Shown here: piece after piece, positions 13,601 through 27,866 of the stretch
Numbering within the stretch: the stretch's first letter is position 1
How the letters are laid out: each line of letters begins with the position of its first letter
NCBI GenBank assembly: GCA_036172245.1
Contig: JAYWIR010000017.1
Location: 1,302,001 to 1,366,000, forward strand
Origin: Raillietiella orientalis
Taxonomy: Eukaryota
Length of the DNA: 64,000 bases
Reading direction: 5' to 3'
Notes under the pieces: generated by a model
Databases searched by the model: none
What the model was told of the DNA's origin: nothing
The model's input: only the letters and a program-made list of their open reading frames with translations
Program-made: the position numbers and the translations under genes

Positions 13601-16600
13601 GAAAGAAAAGTTTTCACGAGAAATCACAGATTTCCTGTATCCAAGTGGTGGTCAGGAACGCAGAGGGAAGTGATCAACCCTGGATCATTTGTTTGGTCAA
13701 GATAACGTCGAACAGATTCTCATATATCAGACCATAACAACATGGAGAACATTTTTTTTATAACCGGAAATTTATAATCAGCAAATCCCTCAGCTAGTGT
13801 GAAAGATATCGAGTTTCCTCTTCTAAACCAGTTTGTCTTTAGCAGACACTTTTATCTTGCGAACTTATTCAAATCGTTGAAAGGTTCGAAAAAATGGGAT
13901 TCCTCACAAGTTCAATACATCTAGGAAACTTTTTTTTCCACATAGCATCAACTTCATTAAGCTACTCTGTAAGATGTTCATGGATTGGCTTTCGTCGTGT
14001 TGAAGAAAACTTGACCCTGAGGTATATTTTGAAATGCCAACTGAAAGTTTCCATCAACACTTCACCGAGAGAGCAGTCAAAGGAGGAGGAAAACAAGCTG
14101 CATTGACCACATCAAAAGTGGAAGAGGGAGAGTCTGAAAAATGCTTATATGACATGTGTTTCTGTGAAAAGCAAAACGCAGTTGATGCTGCTGAATCTCA
14201 GTCTCGCGTAAGCGTGGCATACCATCCACTCTTTCATCTGAAGACATGAGATGTCTTCGAAAACGTGCTCACTTGAAAATCCACTCTTTAAATGATGAAC
14301 GACGGTTAACTGTTTTTTTTTTTTTTTTTTTCATTTTTGGTTTGATACGAAAGTCGCGTCCTTGAGTTTCGTAGCTCTGGATAGTGGCTCGAGCTACATT
14401 TTGAAAGAGGGAATTTCAAAATAACTGCACTAATTTCTCTAGGGATTTTCGTCCTGATGACAGCAGACGAAGTTGAAGCACGAAAGCATTGCGTCCAATT
14501 CTCCCCTTCGCAGTTAGAAAACTGCCATTAGAACCATGGAAAGCCATCCTTGTGGGAATGAGCGAAAATTAAAATGAAGGAACCTGTTTCGCTGAATTGG
14601 TTCCTATAAGTAGCTTTCTCTTCCCTTTTACTTGGTTTTTCAAGATACACTTCCTCCTAGAGCTCAGCAATTAGAAGCTTGTTGCCATATACTAAAGCAC
14701 CCCACAAATGTGTTTACGCTCGGAGCAAAAAATCTTCGAGTGCTTCGAGTAAGATTCTTCCAAGTCACTTGAATAATAAATGCTCCTGCTGGCTTCGGGT
14801 GCTTAAAAGCTCTATTACAGGGAGCACATGCACAAAAGGAAGAAGTCTTGAACTTCCTGTAATCAGTTACAGGTCAGGATTAAAGGGAATTTATCCACAG
14901 TGATTTCCTCGAGCCCTTGAAGACGGTCGGGCAGCAGACGTGGACCGTTTTTGAGTCCTTACCAAGAACGCGTGCATGAAATCGAATTTCGGCGGAAACT
15001 GCATCCCAGCGCGGGTTCATCTCACTTGCTGACACGTGATTCGTGTGTCGGCCCTATTAAGGAATGGTGAATCCAGCGAAACCGAAACACTAAGAAGCAA
15101 CGGTGTGCTGCTCCCTTCAGTGATGCACACGTTTTGTGTAGATCTACTCTTTTACTGGGAGAAACGACTGCTCTCAGAAAAAGAAAAATCGCTCCTCCCG
15201 CAGCTGCATGGAGAAGAAAGATCGAACAGATCAAACAAATACATTCCTTTAGCAGCATTTATTATTGCACGTTATTATTCTTGTGGTCCAAAATGCTTTT
15301 TGCGATAGTGTGGCGCATGCAGTTGTTTTCTTAGAAGCAGAGGAAAACATGAAAGCAAATCCTTGAGTGGGTGTTGATTTTTTTTTTCTTCTTCTTCTCT
15401 TTCCTCCACTTTAAAAAGTAGAGGGAAGAAGCGACTTCCGTTTTCCAAATTGACACGGCGAGCAGGCGAATCTCCTGATGAAAGAATGCAAATAAGAATT
15501 CTGAAATCTGTAGTTTCGTTCGCAGCAGCAGATTCCAGCAGATCCCGAAATCTTTTTTCAGATGCTAGCAGGATGTCAGTTTTAACTGAATTTCGAATTC
15601 TCCGCTTGACTTCGCTCTTTTTCAAAGATCTGTTAAAATATTTGCAGAGAAGCGGGGTTTCTGTTTTCCACATTCGGAAATAATAATAATAATGGAAAAA
15701 AAGAACGAAGAAGACCGCATTTGAAATCATGAATAACCATTATTTGAATTTCGAATGAATTTGTATTCAGTTTTCTGGTCTTTAGTTTTATCGAAGGAAG
15801 TCCATTAAATTTCGGGAACATTGCGCGAAGACGGCTTTCCCTGTTTGCTCACCACATTATTCCCATTCCTTCCTCGCGCTATTTTTAATCCTCGAAGTAT
15901 CCTATAAGGGATTGGGAGTTCTTCTTCGACTTGCACTGTGTACACTGTACATCTCGATTTTTCAGGTTTGCCTACAGCTCGCGAATTTTACTTTATTTGG
16001 AACTGGCAGCCTTGAATCCAGGGACAGAGTGTCTGCAGACACGAGGAAGACATCGCCTGCCTCCTAGAATATCATCAAATAGGTGATGTAAAATCGACGG
16101 ATTTCACTGAGGTTTGCACCGGCAGCTCCTTCGCAAAGTCGTCTAGACAACGAGCACAATAGCCGGAAGCTTAGAGAAAACTGGGAATAAAGTTCTCTGG
16201 TGGAGACGAGAAAGTGCTCTCGCTAAACCTGTCTCCTGAAATCCACGCATCTGACATCGCCTCGATGGGAGAGAGGCAAAACGTCGAAAAATCAGGGTAG
16301 CACCCCTGCGACAGTGCTTCCTCTCGTGCCGCCGTCCTTCTTCCCTGAAGGTGGATCGAGATGGGATCGAACTGAAAGATCCTCGCCACAGCAAAACCGA
16401 GAGAGGAGACCGAAGATGGCAATCGAAACGGCAGAAACGTGTTTAAGAGCCTGTTGTTCTCCTGATTGTCCTGAGTCGTGCTCGCGTTGGTACAAGAGCC
16501 GGACTCGGCCGTTGGCATGACGCGCAGAAGTGCAGAATGACGGGCAGCAAAACAAGTCGGAAAAAACGTACCATCGTTAGGGGTGGGGTGGGGGGAACGT

Positions 16601-16837
16601 ACCATCTGAAATAATAAATGCCTCTTTTCTGTCCTTCTCTCATTTCTGAAAACGTAGCAACCTTTGTGAATCGAGATGAAGAGTACCCGGACGACCGATA
16701 CGGTACCAATCTTTGCTATTAGGGAAAAGAGCCTTGTGGATCACTCTGAGAGGAATTCAACTTGAATAGCTCTCGGAAAAAGCGCTGCAAGCAGTCTCGA
16801 ATAAGAATCTGGGGACTTCGCGAAGCTTCCTCTAGGT

Positions 16838-17284
16838 CAGTGTTTCCCAAACTTTTCCTATGACGGAGCACTTCGCAAATCCTGGAAATCTAACGAAATA
16901 CCTTGGCCATTTTATTGGGTAGGTAGATATTAACAATAAATACATTAGATTGAGTAAATATAAGAGTTGAGAAAACAAGCATCCATTCTCAAATTTCAAT
17001 TATGTAAAACGAAACGCATGAAAATAGTAAAATAAACCAGCGTATATATAGTGAAATTACGTTCTTCAAGACTTCGATGTTTTGGGGTCTTTGAATCACA
17101 AATCTTTCAGGTACAACATTAGAAAGCTGCTGACACGCAAAGTGAGGGGTGCCTCAATTTCAAACATCTTTCAACTTGGCGCAGCATCTACTAAAATATA
17201 CTCATCTTCATAATTTTCCACGGAACACTTATTGACTTTCTGCGGAACACCAGTGTCCCTCGGAACACAGTTTGGGGAACGCTG
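16838..17284. mobile_element. Non-autonomous hAT (Charlie/Buster-like) MITE, 447 bp
   Basis: The left end CAGTGTTTCCCAAACT (16838) and right end AGTTTGGGGAACGCTG (ends 17284) are imperfect 16-bp inverted repeats. The flanking 8-mers CTCTAGGT (16830-16837) and CTGTAGGT (17285-17292) match at 7/8 with a central TA. A subterminal CGGA(A/G)CAC motif occurs at 16864, 17221, 17243 and 17261. The interior is AT-rich and non-coding. Confidence 0.88.
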
Positions 17285-20200
17285 CTGTAGGTAGCTGATT
17301 TCACGGAAATGCGTAGACTGATAACACAGAGAAGTGAAGAGTCAGCAAAAGCCGCAAGGAAACCTCAGCACTGAGCACCACCCCTTCATTTTCAAGCAGT
17401 CTCAATTCCTAAACCGTCCGTGCTTCCCGTAGCAGAAAATTAAGGGGAAAAAATGTTTATGGCCATGTCGGTGCATTCTTTTACATCTTCTCGGCAATTT
17501 TTAGGCGACAGACCAAGAGTTGCGAATATGAAACTCCTTACGGACTGGTACTGACTCTGACGAGAGAGACGACTAGTGCTGGCAAAAGCAGCTCTGAAAA
17601 TATTCGATTTCATTTTGCATGCGAGAAGGAGGGACAGGGAGAAAACTTTTGTTTCGTTTTTCTTTCATATGTTTTTGCTCACGAAACTTCCTCGTTGGGA
17701 AACTTGGAATGTCCTCAGTTTCAAGACAAAAGGATGAGCCACATAGTAGTCCACGTATCAACCTTGTCCTGTTTCAACTGAATGCTAAGGGAAGCCAAAG
17801 TTTTCCAATAATCTCCACTCATCTTCTCGGGTGAAAAAGAATACTTGGTAGAAAACCAGGACCGGCTCGTTCCAACCGCTGCCGCACCTCGGTAAAAGTT
17901 CGACCCATGAAATCATGCGAAGATTTTCTCCTTGAAATCAAAACTGAATAACAGCTAACTTGTCGTCCAACTAATTCGAATTCGAGAACCTTCCAACGTT
18001 TTTGCTTCTTTCAGCAAACAGCATCGATGCCTTCATTGACTTACTGGCTTGGAGGAAGCTTCTCGTGCTTCAAGATTCAAATGCTTGGATCTCTGGAAAG
18101 CACGTGGGTGTGGTACGGCATCAAAGAAAAAATGGCCATTCTGCAGTATCCTCCAGGAGGGCATAAATTTCGAACTCAGTCCCAAGATGGTTTTCCTTGG
18201 TAATGAATTCTTTTCGACATTACGATCTGTCTGGATGAGAAGGTGCCTGGACTTTCATATGTTCGAATCGCTTTTCTTTCCTGGTTTCGCCTCCTGGAAT
18301 GAAGATTGAAAAAGCATATCGACAGAACGGTTTGCAGAGTATTGGCCCAATATCTGACGGTGAGACGGAAATTTAGTCATGTCAGCAGATGAGTGTAAAG
18401 CAAGGAACGCATCGCAAATCTTTCTGATTGTCTCAGGTGCCTCCCGATATCAATGAGAGACGAACAAGGACTGTTCCAGCTTGACCTTGATCCAAGATCA
18501 GGATTTTCTAAATTTTTGGAATAGATAATTCTTCTTTGCTTCCAAGTGCGCCACGTCTTTTCCTCCCCGCTTATAGGTCTAAACTTAGACTTATTTATCC
18601 AGACTTATCGACATAAATCTCTCATTCTGAAGGTCCAAAACCAACGTATACAAATGGAACAGATCTTTTCTCGGATATTGGTGAAGTAACTCCTCGAACT
18701 ACAGGTCTGACACACACCATCTGCGTTCGAATAACTAGCTGATTCAGAAGCAGAAACTGACATTGCGAACAGCACTTTCTACTTGATGGGATTTTCCAAA
18801 CACCGTTGCGACTCCTCGTTTTGTTTTCCCATTTTTCAATCCTCTTTTTGAGCTGATTCACATTTCTCCCCAGTGAGATCTCGGGTGCTGAAAAACATCG
18901 CTCTCCGAAGATCTAGCTTTTCTTTTCGATCAGAATTCTTCAGGTTTCGATTATTTGCTGCTCGAAACGTTGCCAGAAGGAGAAGATTTTTTTTCACCTT
19001 CGGATTAAGGTTGAGATTTCAGGAATTGCTGAGTTTCCACAAGGTTTTTCTGCTTTAAGTACCCTCGAATCCCTTCTTGCCTCATCCTCCTCTCGCAAAG
19101 AGGTCTTTCTCAACATTTATTGACTGTGCCAGCGTTTTGTTCCCTCTTCTTTCAAAAGAAATTCTCACTTCTTTCCATGCCGCCACATCTGAAACAAACA
19201 AATCCGTGGAAAGAAGTGGTTCGTCTATGCAGAATGCAGGAATGTTCGATCCTTCCAATGATGCGAATCGAAATGAGCTGCGGATACCTGGCTTTATCCA
19301 GCCGCAGAGCATTGCGGTTCGTTTTGACACAGAAAGCGGATCTCATAAAGGTTCCGTTGATCACCAATTCTCCGAGGCGATGTGGTGGTTTTCTTTCTCC
19401 ACAGACAGAATTCCAAGAAAATAAAAAAACTGATACCAGGCTCATGTCAAAGTCAGCTGGGAAAGCACGTGCAAATAGAAACTCTAAAAGCTGAAACACT
19501 GAGAAGAGGCCATCCTCCTCCCTTTACCCCAAGAAGAAGATAGGGGATTTTCGGCTTTTACAGTTTAAACCATTGCGTTGTACCATAAGGAGAAGACGCT
19601 ATGATTTATTATTCGGTTAAATGGCAGCTCTACACGATTTAGTGGAAGACACTTTTTTTCAGCATACGATAAACACATGAAAGGTATTTTCTGGGAAGCA
19701 GGAAAAAAAATCTCTCTCTTCTAGGTTTCTTCCTTTTCATTATAATTCTGCCCATTTTGTGATGAAAGGTGCAGGAAAAAAAGTGCTCGTTTGAGAACTG
19801 CCCGCGGACGACCAGAATCCTTGACGCATCGGCTGGCGACTTTGTAATGCAGATTGTTCCCCCGCCATGAGTTTCCCGAACCAGCTCTCCGGAGCTCTCG
19901 AAAGAGAACTGCCTCCCTTCTGGAGCGAGGAGCTCCTTGGAAAACCCTTGTTTCCCGGAAGAAACCCCCTCTCTCGTCTGCTCAGCATCCTGCAGACGGA
20001 CCGCATGTGATTTCTTTTTTTTTCGTTACCCGGCTCCATCTAATTGCTGCTGCGGCCCAGCCTCATTCCCGTGTATTTCCTCCCATGAAAACTTAATCGG
20101 AGCTCGGATTCAGATGCAGGACGGATAAGCAAACAAGAAAACCGACTCTGCTGGAATGAAGTCGGATTAAAAGCCCCAGGAGAGTACCCTCCATCCTCTA

Positions 20201-23200
20201 ATTGATGGGTTCGAGGCAAAAAAGTGATCCTGCCCTCGAACGCCTCTGTTGATTTTCCCCTTGAAAGTGTCCCGGAGTTCTAGCACGAGAACATCCCGAC
20301 ATCCATCTTCCAAAAAAAGCCGAGAAAATCATCCCCTTCCCCCATTTGAAACAGTTTTATTTTCTGTCCCATCTTCTCCCGATTCCCATCTGAAGCTCAT
20401 GATTTACGATGCTCCGTGGTCCTCGCAATCTTCGGGAGCTCTGCAAGAGGTGAATGTCAGCTCGTTCACTCAACTGGTTCCTTGTCATTGAGGGACTCGC
20501 AGCCAGATGGGGGGAAGAGAAAAACGGGTCAGAAATCCCTCAGTGGGCGGATGGCGCCGGGACGAACTCTGGTAGCCTTGTGGAGAAGGACTCCGCCCCG
20601 TACCACCTCTTGCAAAATAAATACCCGTTCAGAATTCATAAGTAACGATCGACAACGACGGCCGTCTCCACGATTTGTTCTGTCACTAGCCCTGCGGCGG
20701 TCTTCTGCGATCACCCAGCATGTTCCTTTGTGCCCTTTTTATTCTCTTTCCTGAGCCCTATCTCCTGAGTCGAAATTAGAGAGAAATGTGCTTCGAGACT
20801 GTTCTCTTCCCGTCAGGTCTTTCCCTCCCGGTTCCAATCCTTATCAATTCATCTCCAGCTGATACGGCGTTGATGGCGGCTGATAACCTGTTGGTGTGAC
20901 CGTAGGAGAAAGCAAAAGCGGGACTGCCCAGTCTCGAAAAGCTTTTTGAGACAGGGAAGATCTCCCAGAGGAGTACTAGACGGTGGATGGGTGTTCGGAG
21001 AGGGTAGTTCAGACTTCCTCCATGGACACATGGGGCGTGTTCTCCCTTTGCCGTATGTTCGAGTTGCTTGGGAAAAACCCAAGCAGAGATTTCACATTCG
21101 GATGGAGATGTCAAGTCGATCGACTGACTTTCATCTCTCTTTGGAGTCTTAATGCGTCTTTGTTTCCAAAAAAAAAGAAGCTGTGCATGCGTCTCTGTTA
21201 AGCCGAACGTACACACTTTTGTTGTTTGAACGTGAACGCTCGTGTACGTTATTTCTGCCCTCGAACTCGTCATTGCATTCAAGAAAATCCGCCACGCAAA
21301 CAGAGGGAAACAGGGATTCTGTGTAGTAAGGAAAATTACAATTCCCTAAGAAATCTGGAACCTTGAACTGAAGGGAGACTGCTGCTGGTCAGAAGAGCCC
21401 AGTGCCCGCTTGCTACATCTCAGTTTGTCAAACAGATACAGGAAGACGGTTGAAGAACCGTCTTTATCAAGCTCTTCGCACGAGCCTGAAAATAAATGCA
21501 GGTGTTGGAAACGACCGTTCGTACAGATCTTCACCTGAAAGCAAAGAGGTGTTTCCTTTGGGCAGGAGTTGGAGGTGCCTGACCTTAATGGTAACTATAA
21601 GGAGATTAAGTTCTAAGGAATGGCTGTTCAGTTAACGTCATTGGGATTCCAGGAGTCCTCGCTTTTCTCATATGCTGAAAGCTAATCTTGTTGAATAGTT
21701 TGGTGAAAATGAGATCCATTCCTTCTAGCAGAAAAAAAAATGCGAGAAAAATAAAACAAGTAAAAACTAAATAGAAAAAAGTCATATCCTCTTCAAGGAT
21801 GAAAGGGCTTTCTATTCATATTTCAAAGTGAAATCTTGGAGCTGTACGTTGCCCGGATACGAATGTAAACTTGTAGCTAGCAGAAGTATCATAACTCACT
21901 GACAGAAGCTTGTCGTATTAATAAGTTATGTGAATGTCATGGAAATGATATGACCTAGAATGAATTGTGTTTTTTTTTTTCCAAATGGATAGCTTTCGAG
22001 AATTCACAATGATGTAACACCCTCTCTTAATACTTCAATCTATTTAAATGGCAGTAACGAATTTCGACAGCACCCTTCTCTCAAGATGCATCTTAATATG
22101 GTACGATTAAGTTCTCATGTCGTCGATTTGACTTAAGAGATCGTTTCCTCAGTAGAATCATCAGCTGTAGCTATGCACGTATTACAACCTACGTGTCTGT
22201 TCATTTGATTCTGTATACATATGTTCACATATGCAATTTTCTCACCGGATGCTCTTCTTTCATCCAGTCACTGATGTGTACACGTATGCGGATTCTATAT
22301 TTTCATCGCTTTCTATCTCTCATCATTATATCTTTCCCGTTTACAGTGCCTGTCGTCAAACTTCTACTTTGCATAGTTCAGCTTCTGTCCGACCAGAGTT
22401 CATGCCTGAGCTGCAAAATCCTTGACCGTTCTGGAAGCCAAACAAACTTCAACTCCGTAGAGCTTATTTCTTTTTTTTGATCCTGTTCGTTCCAGCTTGG
22501 GTGCGACTGGCCACGAATCACTCTCTCAGCAGCCTTAAAAAGGTCATGCGGATGTCTTCCCTAAGTGGAATCGAGAGACAAGTGGAACTGCAGTTTTGAG
22601 GAGTCCCGAACATATTCCAGGAGCTTCAATTCACAGCATGGACGTGTAATAGGCGTGAACTATCTGTGGACTGCACTTCAGAGAATCAGGGTAGTTATCA
22701 TCCTACACTCTGTCCTCATGCATGTAGCACATAGAATACAAAGGGACGATCGTGGAGCAAGTGTAGATAACTAATAGGCTAATTAGGAACTGCTAAATTT
22801 GAAAAAAGACATCTGAGATAGAAATGCCACAACCACCTCATGTTGAGGTTTATCTTGAAGATGCTCCTGAAGATGTCTAGGCGGTCTGTGCTTTATAGAG
22901 CACTATCCATGATTTTTCATGATAGTCCCAAGGAAGAAAGAGGAAATCAGTTCTTGATGGGCAGTCGAGGAATGAAGAGCTCAGAGAAAAATTCCCTGAA
23001 CTCTTCCAGCATGCCGGAATTCATTCTGCTGGAAATTTGATTTCCAGATGGTGCATGAAAGCTGCTTCCCGGAATTTGAAAGATTTAATTGGTCTCTTCT
23101 ATTTCATTGCATCTATATCTCTCTTTGGAAAAGCATTTCAGCTCTTACAGCTGCGGCAAGCAGTAGACCACGTCTTCGCAGTGAAGCCTATTAGCTGCTA

Positions 23201-25299
23201 TCGTTTTCTGGAATTCCCACAAATTAGCGGAAACCGGTGTTTTCCCAACGGTTGCCGCGATACGGGGTTGCCGTAATGAGGCGTTTGTCTCGTTCCAGTA
23301 TTTTTTAATTAGGGCGTTTGTTTACTTGACCCCTATTTTTGGGCGATCGCTTGTGTTAGCGCACACGATGTACAAGAGCTTTCGGAAATGTTTGCGCGCC
23401 GAAAGCAAATTTTTTTGCGTTTTCGTCAGCTCCTCCCCGTATGCACGAAAGGAGAACAAGAGCAGCTCGACTCCCACTCGGAGAGACGGACGAGTTGAGG
23501 CAGAGGCCTCCGCTTAAAACGGTTGCTTGTTCACCACCGCTGCTCGAAACGAGCCAGAGAAAGAGATGCAACGATGCCTTCCGTTAGGAATGGCTTTCTC
23601 AACCTCTCACACTCGGCCTCACGTACCGTGGGGACCTTCTGATCTCTCAGCTTTCGTGCGAGATTTGGCTGCAGTTTGTAGTTCTGGCTGCGAGCTTCTC
23701 GACTGCGTGCGGAAGTCACTTTTTTGTGTGTGTGATTTTCTCTCTCTCTCTCTCCTACTGGGAAGTCGATCTTGACAGATGGCGTTAGTCGACATTGCAA
23801 GCCATAAAGAGCGTCACGGAGGAAGCTCCAAAAGGTGATTTAAACACGCGCACGCGTACTCGAAAATGCCCAGTTTGGATTCTCCAAGGGCAACAGAAAC
23901 GCGAGTAAACATAGTAACAGGTGAATCCGAGACCCCAAGACGACGGATAATTTGATTTGCCTTCAAGAAAAGGATTGACGCGAGGCATTCCGAGAGGTGT
24001 AAGACATTCAGCAATAATCCAGTGGTGTTTGACGTGGGAAGACCATCATCCAAGCTGAATGGCGAAATCTTATGCCAACAGTGGAGGAAGAGCAAGACTC
24101 CGACACGTAGAGAACAATCTTAATCAGCATGCCGTGTTTCCAAAACTGTATCTTAATGAAAGTTAGCAGCCGATGAATTGAGGCTGAGTCCTCTCAGAAT
24201 GAGTGATGCTTTGACACGATGATTTTGCGAAAATGCTGATTTTTCGGAATCGTTTCCTTTTATTCTCTCCTCCTTCCCCCATCCTCCTCCTTCATTCTCT
24301 TTGGATAGTTGCAATTTGGAGGTTCTCTCTTCCGGGAGACAATTTTCATGTCAGCTGTTTCAGTAGAGGTTTCCATTAAGGAAATCAACCTCCTCCCATC
24401 TCCGAATTCAGGTGCCATCTCACCTCTAGGTCTCTTCTGGATATGTAAAAGGAGTTATGCACAGATCTGCATTGGAAGGGTGTTTTGGCCCCTGAGCTGA
24501 GTTTTCAACAGAAATGGCCTGTTTCTTGCTTCGGTCACTTCACTGATCGTGAAGATACGGTCCTTTGTGCAGGGAACTGGAGGCGAAAACTCACTTCATC
24601 TCCTCAAACGAGCGTCGGTGCAGAAATAGTCATTCATCTAAAAATGTTCCCACAATCTCTTTCGTTTCCATCAATTGGACCGCTTGGCTGTTCTTCATCC
24701 TCCAGCTCAGTTTTTCTCAGATTGATGTAAGCACCTCGTCTTCCTGGAATATGATTTATCCTTCGCCACATTCCTTTCTGTTTTCTCCTCTGAATAACAC
24801 TTTCTTTTCTTTTCCTTTTCCCTTTCTAACTGTTGCTTCCATGAGACAGTTGACGAAAATGCTATTGGATTCCCGCCTGCTTCCCCCGAAAAGCCTGGAA
24901 ATGGGTTCCACCTCGAATGTTTCCATTCCGAGATCAAACTTTGTCCTCTCAAATCAGTTGCAATTAATTCTTCTAGATTATTTGCCCCTGTCATAATTGA
25001 ACATGGGAGTGGGATTGCTTTTTAAGTGCCTTCTTATTTCTCCTTCGTGGTCACTCACGCGCCGGGTTTTTTCTTTCCCCCTCCCTCATCAGTTGCTTCG
25101 TCTCTCGAGGCCAGTCCTCGTTAATCCCCCTCATAATTTTCTTCTTCCTGGAAGGCTCGCGTGAATCTCCTCATGCAGCTCTCTACGTTTCCATGAACTT
25201 CAGATTCCCCGCACTGAAGGCCGCGAGTCTGCGGTCTCCGCGCGTGGCACCAAGTGTTGCAGGTTCGAATACCCGTAAAGCATTGACGTCCTAGTGTCG

Positions 25300-26850
25300 A
25301 TCTTTTACGGGGATAAATAGCGATGATGTCGCGAGATGGGAAGTAGGCTGCGAGATCGCGGGAAAGAAGCAGCAGCTGGGACGCTGGACGGCGAGTCAAC
25401 TGGCTGACGCATGTACTCCAAAAGGATTCTCCAAAGGACTCCAAAGGACGTCCTCCCCAAAAGGATTCTTCTCTGGGTGGGACTCCTGGCCATTCCTCCT
25501 GAAGGAGCAGAAATTCCCCAAAGTTTGTGGACAGCTCCACTCTTCCCCTAAAGTGGCAGGACTCGGTATTGCAGTTGTTGCACTGGACGATCCCTTGCAA
25601 CACGCGGGTCCACTACTGGACAAGAGGAAGTGCGGCCCCAGACTGTGCCAGGTGAGGGGAAACGGGAAGCCTTCCCGCACCTGTTGTTGGATTGTGTTGC
25701 CCTCCTGAGCGTCTGGAAACATTTTGCTGCGACACTCCCACTCCCGATGGGCAACGGCGGAGCGCTCTTATGGGACGCGTTGCTTCACGCCGCCTGCAGC
25801 TCTCCTTGCAGCCCTCCGTGAGATCGCGGCGGCGAGAAGTCACGCCGAAAGAGGCTGGTCGAACGGTATGAGGTCATCCTGATCGTCTGCTTCTTCGTAA
25901 GGAAGGCGACAAAATGGTCACATCTCTGGAAACAAACCAACATCCTCCAGAAGATGCTAAGGATGCCAGGAAGAAACCTGTAATCCCTCCCCTTCCTACT
26001 CCAAATACTTTTAAACTGAACTTTTGGTTTTTGTTTTTGTTTACCTTTTTCTCCACCTCTCCTGTGAGGACCTCATCGGGGGAACTGATCACGAGAAGCA
26101 GCGCCTCCGAGCTATCTCCCTTCGTAGTGGTGATGTAAAGCCACCACGAAGAAAGACATTTTTCATGTTTTTTTTTTTTTGTAAATTTTTTTTTTTTTTA
26201 CAATAAGCGCCTCGGCTTGACCGGGTGAAAACAAAGAACAGACCCCGAGAACGGGGGGTACGTCGTGGGTTTCGAGTCTCCCCTCAGGCTGGTTGACCTT
26301 ATATAGGTTCCGGTTGCGGCACTAGCAGAAGCTGGAAATGGACTTCGCTGATGGTGATAACCCCGTTGACCTGGCCCCGGGATTGGAAGTCGACCTCTGG
26401 TTCCTTCCAGGAAGCAAGGAGTCCTTCGGGTCTCCCCTCTGGTGGTGAAAATGGAGCCGTACCTCTCCCCCTCGGGGGAGGACCCTCCATTTCGTACCAT
26501 AGAGCTGGTTAATTGATGTCTCTCCAGAATACGAAGTGCGCTGCTCCCTTCGGGGAGCGCCGTCCAGAGAAACTGAGAAGCGTCCCTTCGGGGTTCCCTT
26601 CAGAGGAGGAGGAAACAGGGAGCGGTTCCCTTGCGGTTTCTCTCCGGAGAAAAAAATTCCGGGTGCGGATACTTTCCTGGTTCCTCCGAAGAGAACAAGG
26701 AAGAGGTGGTCCCCGTGAAGCGTGAGGGGAACGGACTCCTTCCTCCGGACCCTTCCTGGATTCATAGGGTGGTCCCCTCCCTGGATGGTCCCTCCCCTCC
26801 CTGTAACTTGAAGAGTTACGTGCACCCTCGGGTGGCGTGGGTGGTGTCAA
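25300..26850 (-). mobile_element. Decayed gag-like ORF1 remnants of a non-LTR retrotransposon (I/Jockey-like Cys/His knuckle region), interrupted
   Basis: GC-rich minus-strand text with knuckle-like fragments AAKCFQ, NNRCGK, HSLGPH and VQCNNCNTESCH in 25730-25550. A separate GC-rich block at 26200-26850 is divided from it by a T-rich tract (26160-26199). Confidence 0.4.
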
Positions 26851-27519
26851 AGAGCTTCATGAGCCGCCAGGAGAGCGGTTCTGCAGTACTTTGCGAATGA
26901 AAAAAAAGAAAAGCCCGAAAGAAGAATAGGGGAAAAAAAGCTGGAAGGAAAGCTACGAAGACAGAAAAGAGCCCAAAAGGATTTGCACCATCCTCTGTCT
27001 GGCAGCCGAGCAATTGCTCCAAAACGGATGCGGAGACACCTCCTTCTCACCAACAGGAACCAGGGATGCTTTTTCCTTCTTGGTGTTTGTCACGCGATCT
27101 CGGAATAAGCAGGAATGTTCCCCCTCTCCTGTTTTGATCTTTTGTCCGTTGTCCTCTTTCGGTTATCCAGACCCCTTCCCCCCTTTCTCCCCCATTTGCT
27201 GGACTTTGGTCCGTACTCGTCGCTATCTGGTTCCACCTGGTGGTACAGTCCTCTGCTTTCTCAATTTCTGGAGACAGCGCAAGTGAGGTAGGCAGTGTCA
27301 CTTCCTCGTGGCTCTTCAGGTAGAATATGCAAAGCTCTGTCCTTTGTTCTTCAGCCCATTCTCAACTCCTTACTCCTCGCTTTTACGATTCTATTGTTCT
27401 TGCACTTTCGCCGAAGCTTATCCTCCGCAAATTTGTGCCCGAGGCTGCTGCTCCGTGTCATCACTGTCGTTCATCGAGGATCCACGCCACACTGGATTGC
27501 ACCGAACTACTTCCGGCTC

Positions 27520-27866
27520 CAGGACAAGAGCAGCGGCTATTTCGTCGAGTGGGATACCCTATAATGTGAAGACACTTGAAGACATGAGGTTACACACTTG
27601 ACAAGTGTCCGCCCCGGGGGTTGAAAATGTCCGCAACCTTCATCGGAAACAGCGCAGCCATGCAGGAATCGGTCAAGAGAATCCCCCAGACGCGTTCTGC
27701 CGACAAGATTTCCTTCACTGGTACACCGGCGAAGCTGTGGATGAAATGGAGATCCCGGGAGCGGATTCAAACATGAATGACCTGATGTCAGCAGTACTGA
27801 GATGCATTGGCTGAATAGGGTAGCGAATTCGATGGCGAGGATGCTGAACAAGACCGAGCAAGTGAC
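27520..27866 (+). pseudogene. Beta-tubulin pseudogene fragment (C-terminal ~quarter only), frameshifted
   Basis: Across frames it reads QDKSSGYFVEW / IPYNVKT ... [25 protein letters not shown] / [28 protein letters not shown], then an acidic tail EFDGEDAEQD (from 27825). Canonical beta-tubulin reads [71 protein letters not shown]. There are multiple indels and no upstream tubulin sequence. Confidence 0.93.

Noticed and set aside
23235..23345. Possible DNA-transposon terminus (CGGTGTTTTCCCAACGGTTGCCGCG...GGGGTTGCCG)
   Set aside because: No matching opposite TIR or TSD could be found.
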